A DNA stretch of 64,000 nucleotides. Source: an uncultured Pseudomonadota bacterium (lineage in GTDB: Bacteria > Pseudomonadota > Gammaproteobacteria > Steroidobacterales > Steroidobacteraceae). The stretch is taken from contig CAJACZ010000063.1 of NCBI GenBank assembly GCA_903938365.1, positions 8,712-72,711 of the forward strand, read 5' to 3'. Below are positions 61,523 to 64,000 of this stretch, one piece after another (positions within the stretch are counted from its first letter, which is position 1; each line of letters starts with the position of its first letter). Made by a program: the position numbers and the translations under genes. The notes under the pieces were generated by a model. The model did not search any database, was not told where the DNA came from, and saw only the letters and a list, made by a program, of their open reading frames with translations.

Positions 61523-62257
61523 ATGCGACTGCAGAACCAGGTGGCGCTCGTGACGGGCGCATCCCGCGGCATCGGCCGCGCCATTGCCGAGGCCCTTGCG
61601 GCCGAGGGCGCGCGCGTCATCGGCACGGCCACCACCGAGGCGGGTGCCGCGGCGATTTCCGGCTGGCTGGGCGCCGCGGGTCGTGGCCTGCAGCTGGATG
61701 TGGCCGACCCTGCCTCGATCGAAGCGCTGCTGGCCACGCTCGAGGCCTCGGACGGCTCGCCCACGATCCTCGTCAACAATGCGGGCATCACGCGTGACAC
61801 GCTGCTGCTGCGCATGAAGCCCGAGGACTGGGACCAGGTGATCAACACCAACCTGTCGTCGGTCTTCCGGCTCTCCAAGGGTTGCCTGCGGCGCATGATG
61901 AAGGACCGGCGCGGCCGCATCATCAACGTTACCTCGATCGTCGGCACGATCGGCAACGCCGGCCAGACCAACTACTCGGCGGCCAAGGCCGGCATCCTGG
62001 GGTTCACCAAATCGCTCGCGCGCGAGGTGGCCTCCCGCAACATTACGGTCAACGCGGTGGCGCCGGGCTTCATCGATACGGACATGACCCGCGCGCTCAC
62101 GGCCGGGCAGCGCGAAACGCTGTCGGGGCAGATTCCCTCCGGGCGCCTGGGAACGCCGGCCGACATCGCCGCCGCCGTGGTGTTCCTGGCGTCCCCCGAG
62201 GCGTCGTACGTCACCGGACAGACCCTGCACGTCAACGGCGGCATGTACATGGCCTGA
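61523..62257 (+). CDS. fabG: 3-oxoacyl-ACP reductase
   Basis: ATG 61523 with GGGAGG upstream. Motifs VTGASRGIGRAIA, NNAGITRD, YSAAKAG and ..GQTLHVNGGMYMA. Confidence 0.95.
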   Translation: MRLQNQVALVTGASRGIGRAIAEALAAEGARVIGTATTEAGAAAISGWLGAAGRGLQLDVADPASIEALLATLEASDGSPTILVNNAGITRDTLLLRMKPEDWDQVINTNLSSVFRLSKGCLRRMMKDRRGRIINVTSIVGTIGNAGQTNYSAAKAGILGFTKSLAREVASRNITVNAVAPGFIDTDMTRALTAGQRETLSGQIPSGRLGTPADIAAAVVFLASPEASYVTGQTLHVNGGMYMA

Positions 62258-62354
62258 AACGGCCCCGGTGGCGGGACCGTCGCCAATCCCCTACACTATC
62301 GCCGCCGCAGCCCTCGAGGCGGGGCACTCAGGTCGTCAAGAGGACAAATAAAAG

Positions 62355-62594
62355 ATGAGCACTGTCGAACAGCAAGTCAAAGCCATCGTGGCTGAACAGT
62401 TGGGCGTTAAGCTCGAGCAGGTCACCACCGCCGCTTCGTTCGTGGACGACCTCGGTGCGGACTCGCTGGACACCGTCGAGCTGGTGATGGCGCTCGAGGA
62501 AGAGTTCGAGACCGAGATTCCGGACGAGGATGCCGAGAAGATCACCACCGTACAGCAGGCGATCGACTACATCACCGAACGCCGCAAGGCCTGA
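62355..62594 (+). CDS. acpP: acyl carrier protein
   Basis: 79 aa with phosphopantetheine site [19 protein letters not shown]. Confidence 0.97.
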   Translation: MSTVEQQVKAIVAEQLGVKLEQVTTAASFVDDLGADSLDTVELVMALEEEFETEIPDEDAEKITTVQQAIDYITERRKA

Positions 62595-62610
62595 TCTTCA
62601 GGCTGATCCA

Positions 62611-62659
62611 CCGGCCGCCACTGTCCGCCTCGCGGCGGCAGTCCGGCCGGTTTCATTTT
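62611..62659 (+). terminator. structured acpP-fabF spacer (terminator/attenuator-like)
   Basis: Outer stem CCGGCCG/CGGCCGG and inner stem CCGCC-TCGC-GGCGG, followed by TTTCATTTT. Confidence 0.4.
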
Positions 62660-62682
62660 GCGACTCATCGCGCGAGGTCTGC

Positions 62683-63930
62683 GTGAGCAAACGGCGTGTC
62701 GTCATCACGGGCCTTGGAATCGTCTCTCCGCTCGGCAGCACGGTCGAGTCGGCCTGGGCCGCGGTGCTGCGGTCCGAGAGCGGAATATCGCCCATCACGC
62801 GCTTCGACGCGTCTGCCTTCGCGACCCGCTTCGGCGGTGCCGTGCGCGGCTTCGACGTTAACGAGTACATCTCGTCGAAGGACGCCCGGCGCATGGACGA
62901 GTTCATGCACTACGGCGTGGCCGCCGGCATCCAGGCCGTCACCGACAGCGGTGCCGACTTCTCGCGGCTCGACCCGCACCGCTGCGGGGTGCTGTGCGGC
63001 GCCGGCATCGGCGGTCTCGCGTCCATCGAGGCGGAATTAGAGTCGTACCTCGAGGCCCGCAACCCGCGCAGGATTTCGCCGTTCTTCATCCCCTCGTCGA
63101 TCATCAACATGATCTCGGGGCACCTTTCGATCAAGTACGGGCTCAAGGGCCCGAACCTCGCCGTGGTCACCGCGTGCACCACCTCGACCCACGCCATCGG
63201 TCTGGCTTATCGGACGATCCAGTACGGTGATGCCGACTTCATGGTCGCCGGCGGCGGTGAAATGTCGACCACCCGGCTGGGTATCGGTGGCTTCAGCCAG
63301 GCCAAGGCGCTGTCGACCCGGAACGACGCCCCGCAGGAGGCCTCGCGCCCCTGGGATCGTGACCGCGACGGCTTCGTTGCGGCCGACGGTGGCGGCGCGG
63401 TGGTTCTCGAGGAACTCGAGCATGCGCGGGCACGCGGAGCGAAAATCTACGCTGAACTGGTGGGTTTCGGCATGAGCGGTGACGCTTACCACATCACGGC
63501 ACCGCCCGAGGACGGCGCGGGCGCGCGCATGTCCATGCTCAACGCGCTGCGCGATGCGCAGATGCCGGCGTCGGGCATCGATTACCTCAACGCCCACGCC
63601 ACCTCGACCAACCTGGGCGACCGGGCCGAGACCGTCGCGATCAAGCACGCGTTCGGCGAGCATGCGTACAAGCTTGCGGTAAGCTCCACGAAGTCGATGA
63701 CCGGGCACCTGCTCGGGGCCGCGGGCGTGGTCGAGGCCATCTTCACGCTGCTCGCGTTGCGTGACCAGGTGGCGCCGCCGACCATCAACCTGCACAACCC
63801 CGATCCGGACTGCGACCTCGACTATGTGCCGGGTGTGGCGCGTCAGATGAAGATCGAGGCGGGCATGTCCAATTCCTTCGGCTTCGGCGGCACCAACGGC
63901 ACGCTGATCTTCCGCCGCTTCTCGGGCTGA
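62683..63930 (+). CDS. fabF: 3-oxoacyl-ACP synthase II
   Basis: GTG 62683 ([18 protein letters not shown]). Active-site [18 protein letters not shown] and SFGFGGTNG blocks. Confidence 0.95.
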   Translation: MSKRRVVITGLGIVSPLGSTVESAWAAVLRSESGISPITRFDASAFATRFGGAVRGFDVNEYISSKDARRMDEFMHYGVAAGIQAVTDSGADFSRLDPHRCGVLCGAGIGGLASIEAELESYLEARNPRRISPFFIPSSIINMISGHLSIKYGLKGPNLAVVTACTTSTHAIGLAYRTIQYGDADFMVAGGGEMSTTRLGIGGFSQAKALSTRNDAPQEASRPWDRDRDGFVAADGGGAVVLEELEHARARGAKIYAELVGFGMSGDAYHITAPPEDGAGARMSMLNALRDAQMPASGIDYLNAHATSTNLGDRAETVAIKHAFGEHAYKLAVSSTKSMTGHLLGAAGVVEAIFTLLALRDQVAPPTINLHNPDPDCDLDYVPGVARQMKIEAGMSNSFGFGGTNGTLIFRRFSG

Positions 63931-64000
63931 GGAGCGGCGCCTTGGCGCGCCTGGCCCTGCTCCGGATCGACGCTCCGCCCGCGGTGCTGCTGCGGTTGCC

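Noticed and set aside
1-64000. Search for rRNA, tRNA, CRISPR arrays, transposases, integrases, phage or defence genes
   Set aside because: I saw none. No intergenic region is long enough or has cloverleaf-like or repeat-spacer structure. No ORF shows DDE/tyrosine-recombinase, restriction-modification, toxin-antitoxin or other defence-type motifs that I could recognise by eye.
63942-64000. Possible start (TTG 63942) of a gene downstream of fabF, for example pabC
   Set aside because: Only about 20 codons fall within the window and no recognisable motif is present, so it cannot be supported.

Overview
High-GC proteobacterial chromosomal segment. It is densely coded, with about 60 supportable protein genes, and most entries in the six-frame track are GC-driven shadow ORFs antisense to real genes. 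I found no rRNA, tRNA, CRISPR array, transposase or integrase. From about 1 to 53.4 kb the window is a mosaic of catabolic and transport operons with many paralog pairs: 2 TonB-dependent receptors, 2 orphan family-5 solute-binding proteins, 2 unusual long methyltransferases, 4 VOC/glyoxalase-fold proteins, 2 GSTs, 2 ALDHs, several SDRs and MFS transporters, and GntR and IclR regulators. From about 53.5 to 64 kb the content is core: alaA, a partial type II secretion operon (gspGHIJKLMN only), then fabD-fabG-acpP-fabF. Many gene junctions are 4-nt start/stop overlaps (ATGA, GTGA, TTGA), and I used these to define operons and to correct several ORF-track starts. The most interesting candidates are as follows. 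(1) A Tat-exported flavin amine oxidase is translationally coupled to its own membrane-anchored cytochrome c, a cytochrome b561 and an anchored serine hydrolase; this resembles NicA2/CycN wiring, and the substrate is unknown. (2) A UbiD-type (de)carboxylase has an overlapping 70-aa zinc-ribbon ORF, followed by a PqqC/TenA-like haem-oxygenase-fold protein and an SDR, all downstream of a TonB receptor. A 15-nt motif recurs (13/15) in front of the downstream hydantoinase unit, and a GntR gene lies within the gene string. (3) An eight-gene overlapping operon carries an ABC peptide-type importer with no binding protein and an embedded MFS gene, while two orphan binding proteins elsewhere are each coupled to an enzyme. 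All functional calls come from motif and fold recognition by eye. No database search was run.
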